From assembly GCF_001194135.2 (NCBI RefSeq), contig NC_068983.1, positions 63,618,761 to 63,657,097 on the forward strand: 38,337 bases of DNA. Reading direction: 5' to 3'. Below the pieces are notes generated by a model that saw only the letters and a program-made list of their open reading frames with translations, was not told the origin of the DNA and made no database searches. This DNA comes from Octopus bimaculoides (taxonomy: Eukaryota). Each line of letters starts with the position of its first letter. The first letter of the stretch is position 1. The translations under genes were made by a program, and so were the position numbers. This document shows positions 1 to 12,549 of the stretch, piece by piece.

Positions 1-54
<54 letters not shown>
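1..54. repeat. (AT)n microsatellite
   Basis: Pure AT dinucleotide run at the window start. Confidence 0.97.
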
Positions 55-57
<3 letters not shown>

Positions 58-559
58 TAAATACATGCACACACATGCACACAGGCATATACATCCTTTT
101 ATATATACATGAAAAAACATACACAAACACATGCACAAATACATATTCATATATATAAAACCATATCTCGCATGCAAATATTTGACCCGAGCGTACACAT
201 TTATACCTCTCATTATACACACATTCACAGTAAGACACTCGCATCTAAACAGACACCTTTATAAACACACACACACACACACACAAACGGGCGCGCGCAT
301 GCGTATTATGCATATTTATATCGGTGTATTTGTGTTTGTGGATGTATGTGTGTATTTGTGAATGTGTATATGGTTGCATATGAAATGCTTTTCATGTATG
401 AGTATATTTAACAGCGCATGTAGGATAGCATAAATTACCACCAAAGTAAGGAAAAAGACAGAAATAGAGGGGAATGAGACAAACACGCTATACAGTGACA
501 TACATGCACAAACAATTAAATACACAGAAATATAGACACACTACAACATTTACTTACAT

Positions 560-563
560 ATGT

Positions 564-599
<36 letters not shown>

Positions 600-601
600 C
601 A

Positions 602-649
<48 letters not shown>

Positions 650-850
650 NNNNNNNNNNNNNNNNNNNNNNNNNNNNNNNNNNNNNNNNNNNNNNNNNNN
701 NNNNNNNNNNNNNNNNNNNNNNNNNNNNNNNNNNNNNNNNNNNNNNNNNNNNNNNNNNNNNNNNNNNNNNNNNNNNNNNNNNNNNNNNNNNNNNNNNNNN
801 NNNNNNNNNNNNNNNNNNNNNNNNNNNNNNNNNNNNNNNNNNNNNNNNNN

Positions 851-901
<51 letters not shown>

Positions 902-946
902 AAGAGAGAGAGAGAGACAGAGAGAGAGAGACAGAGAGAGAGAGAG

Positions 947-985
<39 letters not shown>
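560..985. repeat. (TA)n/(TACA)n and (AG)n microsatellites flanking assembly gap 650-850
   Basis: Directly visible; N run 650-850. Confidence 0.95.
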
Positions 986-987
<2 letters not shown>

Positions 988-1566
988 AATATATATGTAC
1001 ACGTGTATATGTATGGTCTCATGCGTATATGTATATATATATATATATATGCATGTATATACATATATGTATATACATGCATACATGCATTTACATATAC
1101 AAACACGTACATACACGTGCACACACATCCATCATAAACGTGCAGATGAAAGACAAGAGAAAAGGGACTGTATTTTGTGCTCTTGGCATGAACAACAAAA
1201 GTGAGTCGATAATGACTTGTTAGTCGTTTGACAGGAGTCAGAAAGGCATATAACCTCAATTAGACTCTGTTAACATGAAAGTTTAAATAAAATGTATCAG
1301 AGCCAAAGATATGCAGTTTCATGCATAAGGATATCCTTCATAAGGATCACATAGTGATCCTACGAAACTGCATTAAATTATTAACATATAATAAGATGAT
1401 ATATGTGTGCAATTTATTTACCCATCAAATATGCACTGATCGTATTTGAGAGTATTTACCTACTCCAAAGTATAAATAGAATTTTTAAAATCTCCAGATG
1501 AATAGAAAATTCAAGCATGACCTTGCGATTAAGAAGTTCACTTAACAATTTAAGTTGTTCTGACAG

Positions 1567-1670
1567 AAATGATAATGCAAGAATACTTGGGCGATTGTCC
1601 TGAACGATGGTTCGAGCCGGTCCAAGATGATTTATTAACGAAATTCCGTAGACATTTGAAACAAGTTGCA
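1567..1670 (+). CDS. Candidate internal exon (xMIMQEYLGDCPERWFEPVQDDLLTKFRRHLKQVA), product unknown
   Basis: Acceptor ttgttctgacag, open frame with protein-like composition, weak donor gca|gtgact. No homology established. Confidence 0.2.
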
Positions 1671-1729
1671 GTGACTCATTCGTGATTTTAATCGTTTGTT
1701 TTCCTTTATAATTCTAAAATCAGAACTTT

Positions 1730-1875
1730 AGATGTCTGTGCGGTTAAGGCGGTTGCTTGCTTGCATGATCGTGTTTTCCACTTCACTGTTACTCGTGACA
1801 CCTTTTTAAGTGTCTCCTGACGTAATTAAAATGGGTTGTCTAAAGCCCAGTGAGTGAAATTTAGGAGAAGGAAAA
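1730..1875 (+). mobile_element. Old, degenerate 5' head of SINE family A
   Basis: tgtgcggttaag..gtgacacctt..aagtgtctcc..aaagcccagtgagtgaaatttaggagaaggaaa aligns by eye with the heads of the copies at 9383 and 31497. Confidence 0.45.
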
Positions 1876-2097
1876 TACATGGAAGAATTTTGGCGAAAGC
1901 ATTGCTATTCTAGAGTAGTAGACTTAACATATGAGCATTTTCAACACCTCTATCACTGACCAATTAGTATATTTAAGCTCAGTAAAATTTGTTTTAACTA
2001 TGCAATTTAAGTCTCGATAATTTGAAGTCTGACATCCTACTACAGAAACACATCAGTTGGATTTTCTTCTCTCTTACCCGTTGTCACTAATTTATAG

Positions 2098-2153
2098 AAA
2101 AAACATCGACAGCAAAGGATAATATCAGTATGTATGGGCATCGAAGAAGCAAA
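2098..2153 (+). CDS. Candidate exon (KKHRQQRIISVCMGIEEAx), product unknown
   Basis: Long pyrimidine tract plus ctaatttatag acceptor; donor aa|gtaatc; open frame, phase 0 to 2. Confidence 0.2.
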
Positions 2154-2435
2154 GTAATCTTCTAATTTTCTTCACCTACCTCACTGATAGGGCTGCAAAG
2201 CGAATTGCTTATACATACGGTAATATTTCTGAATATATATACATGGTACCCTCTCTAGCCCGAGCTAACACAAATCATCAAAATCTGTTGCAGTTCTTAT
2301 CGTCTGCAAACACTGTGACCCTAAGCTATATTTCAGTTAATTAGATGCACAAAATACACCTGCATCCAGCTGAACGTATAGACAGCCTCGTTATATATAT
2401 TAAGATAAATTGTGTAGGTATATGAATGTGTGTAC

Positions 2436-2436
<1 letters not shown>

Positions 2437-2524
<88 letters not shown>
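2437..2524. repeat. (TA)n microsatellite
   Basis: Pure TA run. Confidence 0.97.
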
Positions 2525-2529
<5 letters not shown>

Positions 2530-3377
2530 CTATCTATCCTCTAGAGATGGCTAGGGAGTCATCTCTGTAGAGACCGAAGAGAGCCGAAGGAAACCTCTTC
2601 CATAAAATGTCCAGGATACACAGTCCGAAAAGATCACAGACATCGGCGCTGTCATATGGTCCCATAGCCACATCAATGGAGCCCTCGGTAGTGGATAGAT
2701 AGTCAATAAATCATAAATCAGAAAAGAAGCAAACCCTAAAGAATAAAGTAGTAATGTACGTACATACACATACAGGTATANNNNNNNNNNNNNNNNNNNN
2801 NNNNNNNNNNNNNNNNNNNNNNNNNNNNNNNNNNNNNNNNNNNNNNNNNNNNNNNNNNNNNNNNNNNNNNNNNNNNNNNNNNNNNNNNATATATATATGG
2901 ATGTCTATGTATGCTGGTATGTATATATGATTACATAAATTTATACATGTATATAATATACATTTATACACAAACATATTTATTATTCACCATCCTGCAG
3001 CAATATTTGCTTGCCATATAGTTCGAGAAATAGCAACGAAAGCTCTCTTAAACCATACCCCACTGTCTTTCAACAAATGATAGAGAGAATAAAAATTTGA
3101 AATGATGAAGTACTATCAAAAGTAGAAACGGGTGAAGTTGGAAATATGTAGTCATGTCAGTTAAAGAATATTTGAAAATATGTTTGCGTGACGTCAGACT
3201 CCCTGTTGTTTTGTTTTGTCCTCGCTCAGCCATTAATCCTTGTATTTTTTCTCTCTGACACTACCTGTCTCGAATAGGGAAATGGAAAGTGATAAAGAAT
3301 GAAAAACATACAAGAAAAAGAGAAACAGTATGTTTGAAAGACGAATAGGAATGATGATGAATGATTGTCATATACAG

Positions 3378-3458
3378 GATCATTGAGAAACAACATGGAT
3401 TAGAATTTCTAAATGTAGCATCTTTAAATACGAAGCAGATAACCTCTTTGACTGATGG
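3378..3458 (+). CDS. Candidate 81-nt exon (IIEKQHGLEFLNVASLNTKQITSLTDG), product unknown
   Basis: tatacag acceptor, consensus donor gg|gtaagt, open frame, symmetric phase 2-2. Confidence 0.3.
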
Positions 3459-4305
3459 GTAAGTTTATCTACTGAGGGCATTTAAAACAGTGTCAGATCA
3501 ATGGAAGAGCTCGTTTGATAATTATTTCTAACTCTGGCACAAGGCTGGTAATTCTGAAGGAAAGCGGAAGACGGTTACAACGACCCAAATGTTCAATTAC
3601 ACAGATCGCTAAGGGATGAAAATCACGGTGAACATCGGCGTCATTTGAACTGAAAACGTCCAAAGCCAAGATGCCACTGAGCATTTTCACCGATGCGGTA
3701 ACGATTTTGGTAGCTAATAACATTTTAGTTATAAAAATATGTTATGTTCATGATATATGTATACAATATCTGGATATTACCTGGTAATTGTCATATTTTG
3801 ATACATGCATATGTATATGCGTATGCATAAATCTATGTATAGTACATACACACACATAACACTCACATAATGTATACATATATATGGTGTATAAGAAAAT
3901 GGAAATAAAATTGATAATCGATAAACAATTATTATTTATGGACTACATCTTCATATATATATATATATATATAAGTTCCCGGTTTGGTTTACCATTCAAA
4001 TTCTAACTTGAACTGCAACAGAAAGATGTGGTGCTGAAATTGTCCATCAAAGGCGGCTAGAAGTGGTTCACGATTGAAGAGGGAGATATATACATTGAAA
4101 CACATAATGAAAAAGCAAAACAGCATCATTCTAGAAGATTTGATTCATAATTTAAGTATAATGCAGAGTAGTTATAATTAATACGCAGTCTCTTACAATT
4201 CTTTCTAGAATAGCTGCGATTGAGTAAAGAATTCTACGTAAGCTAAGAATTCCGTCTTTTAAACCCCGAAAAGTTATATTCGTAGAGCTTTAAGTATATT
4301 ATATA

Positions 4306-4470
4306 CAATTAAACCTTGGGAGAGGCATTATGCCGGTAATAAACACACGCACTGGTTCAGTCCTTTATTAATTTATAAACAGTATACTATATACTGTTTA
4401 TAAATTAATAAAGGACTGAATCAGTGCGTGTGCTTATTACCGGCATAATGCCTCTCCCAAGGTTTACTTG
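4306..4470. mobile_element. 165-bp palindromic (foldback/MITE-like) element, short member of the 26468 family
   Basis: About 81-bp arms with 3 mismatches and a 3-nt loop; termini CAATTAAACC...GGTTTACTTG flanked by TA on both sides; outer 72 bp shared with 26468-26798. Confidence 0.9.
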
Positions 4471-5118
4471 TATTTCTTTCAACACACGTATCCACATCAA
4501 GAATCTTGCACACGAAATACACATACGAAATATATTTATATATATTTACGTATTTACTATCGATTTTGTTATCGTAAGCATGTTTATTCTTATTATTTCA
4601 TCACTTATAGTTTTGTACCTTGTATTGCCATTTATTTAGGTTAATTACCGTAACTTAATATGATACAACATTATTGGTTAATTATATTTACAATCCATCT
4701 TTACTTTTCCTTCTTTATAAACATTTTATTTACTTTAGTCGTATATAAAGAATTCGTTGGATTCTCTCCATTTCTCCTTTCAATTGCAACGAATTTTTAT
4801 TACCTTTATTATTAACTTTAATATTTTTCTGTGGTTCCTTATGTCTTCCTTTAATTCAAACTCTTAGTATAGCGTTCATAGCCTCTCTCCCTAAACAGCT
4901 CCCTGTAAACTAGCGTTCTTGTTTCTAACGGTCATTTAACTTAGCTATATAGTAGTAGTCCTCGTAGGTAACCTTAGCATTCAGCGCAATTCTTGCATTT
5001 GTAATATGTTTACCAGCATCTCTCACTTCTTTAGAGTAGAGTGCATATAATTTTTGAAACATATGTAGGAATTAAAGGAACGTATTGATTATATGCGTTT
5101 TGCTCCATTTATTATTAT

Positions 5119-5121
<3 letters not shown>

Positions 5122-5192
<71 letters not shown>

Positions 5193-6055
5193 NNNNNNNN
5201 NNNNNNNNNNNNNNNNNNNNNNNNNNNNNNNNNNNNNNNNNNNNNNNNNNNNNNNNNNNNNNNNNNNNNNNNNNNNNNNNNNNNNNNNNNNNNNNNNNNN
5301 NNNNNNNNNNNNNNNNNNNNNNNNNNNNNNNNNNNNNNNNNNNNNNNNNNNNNNNNNNNNNNNNNNNNNNNNNNNNNNNNNNNNNNNNNNNNNNNNNNNN
5401 NNNNNNNNNNNNNNNNNNNNNNNNNNNNNNNNNNNNNNNNNNNNNNNNNNNNNNNNNNNNNNNNNNNNNNNNNNNNNNNNNNNNNNNNNNNNNNNNNNNN
5501 NNNNNNNNNNNNNNNNNNNNNNNNNNNNNNNNNNNNNNNNNNNNNNNNNNNNNNNNNNNNNNNNNNNNNNNNNNNNNNNNNNNNNNNNNNNNNNNNNNNN
5601 NNNNNNNNNNNNNNNNNNNNNNNNNNNNNNNNNNNNNNNNNNNNNNNNNNNNNNNNNNNNNNNNNNNNNNNNNNNNNNNNNNNNNNNNNNNNNNNNNNNN
5701 NNNNNNNNNNNNNNNNNNNNNNNNNNNNNNNNNNNNNNNNNNNNNNNNNNNNNNNNNNNNNNNNNNNNNNNNNNNNNNNNNNNNNNNNNNNNNNNNNNNN
5801 NNNNNNNNNNNNNNNNNNNNNNNNNNNNNNNNNNNNNNNNNNNNNNNNNNNNNNNNNNNNNNNNNNNNNNNNNNNNNNNNNNNNNNNNNNNNNNNNNNNN
5901 NNNNNNNNNNNNNNNNNNNNNNNNNNNNNNNNNNNNNNNNNNNNNNNNNNNNNNNNNNNNNNNNNNNNNNNNNNNNNNNNNNNNNNNNNNNNNNNNNNNN
6001 NNNNNNNNNNNNNNNNNNNNNNNNNTATATATATACATATACATATACATATATA
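5122..6055. repeat. (TC)n/(TA)n microsatellites around assembly gap 5193-6025
   Basis: Directly visible. Confidence 0.95.
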
Positions 6056-6441
6056 CGTGGTTTGATCAATAGGTAACTGGACTGTTGCCATAGTAACGCA
6101 GAGTGAAGCCACTAGCACCGATTGACCTTGCAAGGCATTCCTCAAATTCAAAATGTGACATTGTTTTTGTCATCTACAAAGCTCCTGGGACAGAGATTTA
6201 TATCTGTGTTAGAAACAAATCCTTCTTTAGGAGAAGAATTGAAATAATTAAAATCAAAAGAGAATATATACATAGATACATATGTGTGTGTGTGTGTGTT
6301 TTTTTTCTTTGTATACGTATATATATTTCAGTGGAAATTTTACTAGTATATAACATTTATATCTAAAGGATTTTTAACCTTGAAAATGACGTTTGTCACG
6401 CAACCAATACCTACGGTTGAACTACTATGATGTTGCTTGAC

Positions 6442-6640
6442 TTGCTAGAAATAGCCGCAAAATTATCCCAAACCATATCTTGCTGTCATATATAAAAAAA
6501 ACTCATTGAAAAATGCTGCCGTACGTGTACAAAAAGACGGGTGATTCAAGCCTCGAACCTCTGTCGTAGTCCTGCGTCATTATTTGATATTCGTGACCAT
6601 GAGCGTTCCTCTGAACCAAACAACAGCCAGTAACAATCAA
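6442..6640 (+). repeat. Dispersed repeat family D (unclassified, degenerate)
   Basis: ttgctagaaatagcc..cccaaaccatatc shared with 21997; ends in a CAA-like tail. Confidence 0.45.
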
Positions 6641-6714
6641 TAACATCAACAGAAGCAGAGGAAGAAGAAGAAGGAAAAGAAGAGTTTGGAAATTATTTCT
6701 TATATAAAGGTTAG

Positions 6715-7098
6715 ATTGTTGGCACTCCGTCGCTTACGACATCGAGTGTTCCAGTTGATCCGATCAACGGAACAGCCTGCTCGTGAAATTAACGTGCAAG
6801 TGGCTGAGCACTCCACAGACCCGTGTACCCTTAACGTAGTTCTCGGGGAGATTCAGCGTGACACAGTGTGACAAGGCTGACCCTTTGAATTACAGGCACA
6901 ACAGAAACAGGAAGTAAGAGTGAGAGAAAGTTGTGGTGGAAGAGTACAGCAGGGTTCACCACCATCCCCTGCCGGAGCCTCGTGGAGCTTTTAGGTGTTT
7001 TCGCTCAATAAACACGCACAACGCCCGGTCTGGCAATCGAAACCGCGATCCTACGACCGCGAGTCCGCTGCCCTAACCACTGGGCCATTGCGCCTCCA
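6715..7098 (-). mobile_element. Full-length tRNA-derived SINE, family B
   Basis: Minus strand begins GGAGGCGCAATGGCCCAGTGGTTAGGGCAGCGGACTCGCGGTCGTAGGATCGCGGTTTCGATTGCC, with A box TGGCCCAGTGG and B-box-like GGTTTCGATTGCC; CpG-rich body about 385 bp. Confidence 0.85.
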
Positions 7099-7180
7099 CT
7101 CAAAGGTTAGATAAGACGAAGGGAAAGGATCGAATTGTTAGATCCAAAATTAGTTACAGAAAGTCGAGTAATCTTTTATA

Positions 7181-7370
7181 TTTAACTTGTTTCAGTCATT
7201 GGACTGCGACCTTGTTGTCGCACCGCATTGAAGTGTATTGTTGAAAAAAAAGCGACCTCAACACTTATAATCAGTTACTTATTCTATCAATCTCTTAGGC
7301 CGAGCCGTTAAGTTACCGGGGTGTAAACAAACTGACACCAGTTGTCAAACGGTAGCGGAGGACAAACAGA
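7181..7370 (-). mobile_element. SINE family A, diverged 3' half
   Basis: acttgtttcagtcatt..acttattctatc..aagttac..gttgtcaa shared with 31021-31210. Confidence 0.75.
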
Positions 7371-7374
7371 ATAT

Positions 7375-7570
7375 AACACGACACAAACGCACGCACACAT
7401 ACATACGCCTGCGCATCCACATACATGTACACACGCGTGCGCATCCACACATATACACACGCACGCGTGCACAGAAGTTGACACATACACACAGATACAT
7501 ACACACACGTACACACACACACGTTCACACACGCACACACGAACGCATGCGCACACATATACACACACTA
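7375..7570. repeat. Degenerate (CA)n/(CACG)n microsatellite
   Basis: Directly visible. Confidence 0.9.
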
Positions 7571-7646
7571 TGAGCTTCTTTCATATTCCATCTAGCACAC
7601 CCACACGCAATGTTTTGGCGACAATCAATAACATCTTTTTCTGTAG

Positions 7647-7710
7647 TGTGATCATTGCTGAAGCAGAACATCACCAGTCTGCTCAGATTCTGGATTTTAC
7701 CCAAACATAT
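7647..7710 (+). CDS. Candidate exon (VIIAEAEHHQSAQILDFTQTY), product unknown
   Basis: Acceptor catcttttttctgtag; only one frame open; phase 2 start fits 3378-3458; weak donor gtataa. Confidence 0.2.
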
Positions 7711-8949
7711 GTATAAACTGTTTACGACCATTACACATGGCTAATGTTCCTGATATTCATCAGAAGCAGAGTTTTTGCCATAACGATTCTGATTCTATGT
7801 TTCTTTTATATATTTATATTCTTTACTAAGTGCTGGTTTTGTCTTTGGCTTTATTTCACAGTTTATTGTTCCGATTACATTTTGTAAAAGAAAATTTTAT
7901 ATTGTAAAAGGAATTATCATTTTCTCGAGCAAACAAAACTTATTCTACATTTTAAACATCATTTTTCGGTTGTATATTGTTGAAAATTTAATAGAAATTT
8001 GGATCAAATTGAAGGATTTGGAACTGTTTATCTGTGAGAATTGTTTATTTAGCAAATCTTTTATTCTATTATTTGTGGAAATTGGATCGCAAAAAAAATA
8101 TATAATAGAAAAACAAAGACAGTTCAGAATCAACACTAAATATTAATTGGCAAACTACTTCTTAGGTTGTAAGACATTGCTGAGTATTGCAGTACAACAT
8201 AAGAAATTTACAACTTCACATACAATAAAAACACAGCTATATTTTCAGATGATGTCACAGCTACTTGTTGTCACCATTCACCAGACATAAGTGAACATTA
8301 TCAAATCTCCATTAGCCTAGAACTCTGGTCCTTCCAAAACAGAATCTATGCTGAACCACCCCGGCACAGTCTTTCTTACAACAACAGATCAGTTAAAACA
8401 AATCTCTCTCTCTCAAGAACATAAACATGCCAACAGTCAACAAAGCGAATGACTATCCTAGAAAAAATAAATCAAATTCAAATCACACTCTATTATCCCG
8501 ATTACACTACAACTGGATAATATGTGACGATCAGACAATTGAGATAATAGTGCAGCAAGTAAAGCGCAAGTCCCTCGACAATCACACATATATATAATAG
8601 CAGTGAAATCATGCATACAAACATACATACATACGTACGTGCGTATGTACATATATACATAAATACATACCAACATTTACACATATATATACTCAAAGAT
8701 ATAAAGGCTCACCGTTTTTCCTGAAATGCTAAAAATTTACAACAGATACGGACACACAGTGGTACTAATACGCGGAAACACATGCACATGCATATATTTG
8801 CTATTATGCAAAAATCTCGTAAGTCCAAAACGTTGCTTCTTCAGAAAACGAAAAAATAGTTTCACCATTGCATAAGCAAAACCGTTGTACTACAATTTGA
8901 CAATTTTTGATATCTTGGAATCTGAAGACAGGAGAGTGCATGAGAAGGA

Positions 8950-9350
8950 GGTATATGTGTGTATGTATAGGTATGTGCGTGCGCGCAGGCGTGCGTGTGT
9001 GTGTGTGTTTATGTGCGTATGTGTGTGTGTGGTTGTGGCTGTTTATGTATGTGTGTGTATGTATATATAGTGTGTGTATGTATGTGTATGTGTGTGTATG
9101 TGAATTGTGTATGTGTATGTGCGTGGAGTTGTGTGTGAGGTTGTGTGTGGTTTTGTGTGTGTGGTTTGTGTGGGGCTATTTGTTAGTTCCTTTGTGTATG
9201 TGCGTGCTTATGTGCGTGTGTGCGTATATATGTGCGTGTGTGTTTATAACCATGTGTGTGTAATTGCGTGCATGTCTGTATGAGTGTGTGTTGTGTGTGT
9301 GGGAAATATGTGTGCGTACATGTGCGAGTGTGTGTATGTATGTGTACATA
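8950..9350. repeat. Degenerate (TG)n microsatellite
   Basis: Directly visible. Confidence 0.9.
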
Positions 9351-9382
9351 TATATTATAATATATATATATACATATACATA

Positions 9383-9740
9383 GGCGTAGGAGTGGCTGTG
9401 TGGTAAGTAGCTTGCTTACCAATTACATGGTTCCGGGTTCAGTCCCACTGCGTGGACTTTGGTCTTCTACTTGTGAGTGGATTTGGTAGACAGAAACTGA
9501 AAGAAGCCCGTCGTATATATGTGTATGTGTTTGTATATGTTTGTCCCCCCCCCAAACATCGTTTGAAACCGATGCTGGTGTGTTTACGTCCCCGCAACTT
9601 AGCGGTTCGGCTAAAGAGCCCGATAGAATAAGTACTAGGCTTACAAAGAATAAGTCCTGGGGTTGATTAGCTCGACTAAAAGGTGGTGCGACAGTATGGC
9701 CAAAGTCAAATGACTGAAACAAGTAAAAGAGTAAAGAGAG
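9383..9740 (+). mobile_element. tRNA-derived SINE family A (small internal deletion)
   Basis: A box TGGCTGTGTGG 9393-9403, B box GGTTCAGTCC 9436-9445, central microsatellite, 3' tail ending in TAAAAGAG-type repeats. Confidence 0.9.
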
Positions 9741-9785
9741 AGTATATATACAAAGAAATATAGATAATATATGTATAATTCACAT

Positions 9786-9919
9786 GCAGGAATGGCTGCG
9801 TAGTAAGTAGCTTTCTTAACAACCACATAGGTTCAGCCCAACTGCATGGTACCTTGGGCACGTGTCATCTCCTATAGCCCTGTGAGTAGATTTGGTAGAC
9901 GGAAACTGAAAGAAGCCTG

Positions 9920-9994
<75 letters not shown>

Positions 9995-10207
9995 ATTTGT
10001 GTGTCTTTGTTTGTCCCCACATCATCGCTGGACAACCGATGTTGGTGTGTCTACATCTCCGTAACTTAGAGGTTCGGTAAAAGGGTCCGATACAGTAAGT
10101 ACTAGGCTTACAAGGAATAAGTTCTGGGTTCGATTTGTTCGACTAAAGGACGGTGCTCCAGCATGGCTGCAGCCAAGTGACTGGAACAAATAAAAGAGTA
10201 AAAAAGG
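9786..10207 (+). mobile_element. tRNA-derived SINE family A with expanded internal (TA)n
   Basis: Colinear with 9383-9740; accttgggca core, gacggaaactgaaagaagcc, tail gtgctccagcatggc..aaataaaagag. Confidence 0.9.
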
Positions 10208-10999
10208 ATATGTAATGCATAAATTTATATATTATATACATATTATATGCATTTACATATTATCTCTCCCACCGTCAATGTACATGAATGTGCGCGCGAG
10301 CGTATATATATATACATATGCGTGTGTGTGTATACTATGAGTCTTTATGCATGTAACTGCATATAGATGGCCATACATAGCAAAGTATAAATGCATTACA
10401 ATATAATTTTACATCCAACGTTCACATCTCGTTGTTTCTAGGTGGTTCCCTTTTTCCTCTTCGATCCATTATATTATGTTGTTGACACGTGTGAAATATC
10501 ATAAAAACTTCTATAAACTTCTATGTTCGAAGTCTTAATGTCCATCATATTAATGCATTCTTTCTCATCACATCATTTATAAAGCTTTATTGCTTAATAT
10601 TCAGCATTTGTATTGTCTTTCTTACCTTCAATAAGTACCTATGCAGAAAATATTCCCGTTTGAAGATATTTCTTGTAATTGCAGACTCCTAACGTATCAT
10701 TTTCCTAAATTCTAATATACTCGTATACATATTGAATGGAAAGTATACATCTATAAATACGTATAAACATACTTGCTCACGCATCCACATATAGAAGAAA
10801 TCATGGGACCAGAATCGCTAAAACTCATAAACACTCGTATAATTATCTTTAACATTTACCTATATATACACAGCCACACACATATGCGTAGAAGTGTATG
10901 TCGATGTATCTCTCTCTTTCTTTCTCTCTCTCAATGTCTCCCTGTATATATGTATATAGACATATATATAAATGTCTATATATATGTCTATATACATAT

Positions 11000-11992
11000 A
11001 GACATACATATAGCTATATATATGTATGTATATATATATATATATNNNNNNNNNNNNNNNNNNNNNNNNNNNNNNNNNNNNNNNNNNNNNNNNNNNNNNN
11101 NNNNNNNNNNNNNNNNNNNNNNNNNNNNNNNNNNNNNNNNNNNNNNNNNNNNNNNNNNNNNNNNNNNNNNNNNNNNNNNNNNNNNNNNNNNNNNNNNNNN
11201 NNNNNNNNNNNNNNNNNNNNNNNNNNNNNNNNNNNNNNNNNNNNNNNNNNNNNNNNNNNNNNNNNNNNNNNNNNNNNNNNNNNNNNNNNNNNNNNNNNNN
11301 NNNNNNNNNNNNNNNNNNNNNNNNNNNNNNNNNNNNNNNNNNNNNNNNNNNNNNNNNNNNNNNNNNNNNNNNNNNNNNNNNNNNNNNNNNNNNNNNNNNN
11401 NNNNNNNNNNNNNNNNNNNNNNNNNNNNNNNNNNNNNNNNNNNNNNNNNNNNNNNNNNNNNNNNNNNNNNNNNNNNNNNNNNNNNNNNNNNNNNNNNNNN
11501 NNNNNNNNNNNNNNNNNNNNNNNNNNNNNNNNNNNNNNNNNNNNNNNNNNNNNNNNNNNNNNNNNNNNNNNNNNNNNNNNNNNNNNNNNNNNNNNNNNNN
11601 NNNNNNNNNNNNNNNNNNNNNNNNNNNNNNNNNNNNNNNNNNNNNNNNNNNNNNNNNNNNNNNNNNNNNNNNNNNNNNNNNNNNNNNNNNNNNNNNNNNN
11701 NNNNNNNNNNNNNNNNNNNNNNNNNNNNNNNNNNNNNNNNNNNNNNNNNNNNNNNNNNNNNNNNNNNNNNNNNNNNNNNNNNNNNNNNNNNNNNNNNNNN
11801 NNNNNNNNNNNNNNNNNNNNNNNNNNNNNNNNNNNNNNNNNNNNNNNNNNNNNNNNNNNNNNNNNNNNNNNNNNNNNNNNNNNNNNNNNNNNNNNNNNNN
11901 NNNNNNNNNNNNNNNNNNNNNNNNNNNNNNNNNNNNNNNNNNNNNNNNNNNNNNNNNNNNNNNNNNNNNNNNNNNNNNNNNNTATATATACG
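11000..11992. repeat. (TA)n tracts around assembly gap 11046-11982
   Basis: Directly visible. Confidence 0.9.
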
Positions 11993-12271
11993 TAACCAAA
12001 GATAGAGAAAATATGCAAGAAACACACACATACTGTTGTATATGGACTTACACATGCCATATAATATCTATATGTATTTGAAGACTATACAGAACAATTA
12101 TTCATGCATACATATTCACAGAGACAGAACGATATATGTGTATTGTAGAATTAAATGTCGATGAAACACGTTGAATATTATTGAATCATATTTCATGAAA
12201 ATCTTGGTATAAAAACCATCCATGTTTATAAGTTCTACGATTATAAATGTAACCCTTTTGTCTTTCCGCAG

Positions 12272-12342
12272 TTCCTTGTGATCAGGAACCACTCCCTGGT
12301 GCATTTAATTTGATTGAATTCAAATATATTGACAGAATATAA
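12272..12342 (+). CDS. Candidate terminal exon (xPCDQEPLPGAFNLIEFKYIDRI*)
   Basis: Strong acceptor cccttttgtctttccgcag followed by an open frame to TAA. No homology established. Confidence 0.25.
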
Positions 12343-12549
12343 CACCAAGATAGCTAGATTCAGCATTCTAGGCAAAATACTATTTAAATAAACTGTTCAA
12401 TTCAGTTGCTTACCCTCAACTGCTGGGAAGGCGTTAGCATGATCTTGACGGCTTGCCCGTAGTCTTTGTGAGTTAAATTTCCCCCCACTAGCCATTTGTG
12501 GCTTCATAGGGGTGCTCTAGTGTCTTAGCTCAGGCCATCATTATTTAAT

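Noticed and set aside
3493-3723. 76-aa minus-strand ORF MLLATKIV...
   Set aside because: No recognisable motif or splice support; length is within chance expectation.
7020-7098. tRNA gene on the minus strand
   Set aside because: It has A and B boxes but no proper acceptor stem and continues into a SINE body, so it is a SINE head.
8712-8740. Minus-strand 8-nt microexon-like pattern (tttcag|GAAAAACG|gtgagc)
   Set aside because: Frame-shifting length, no supporting context, expected by chance.
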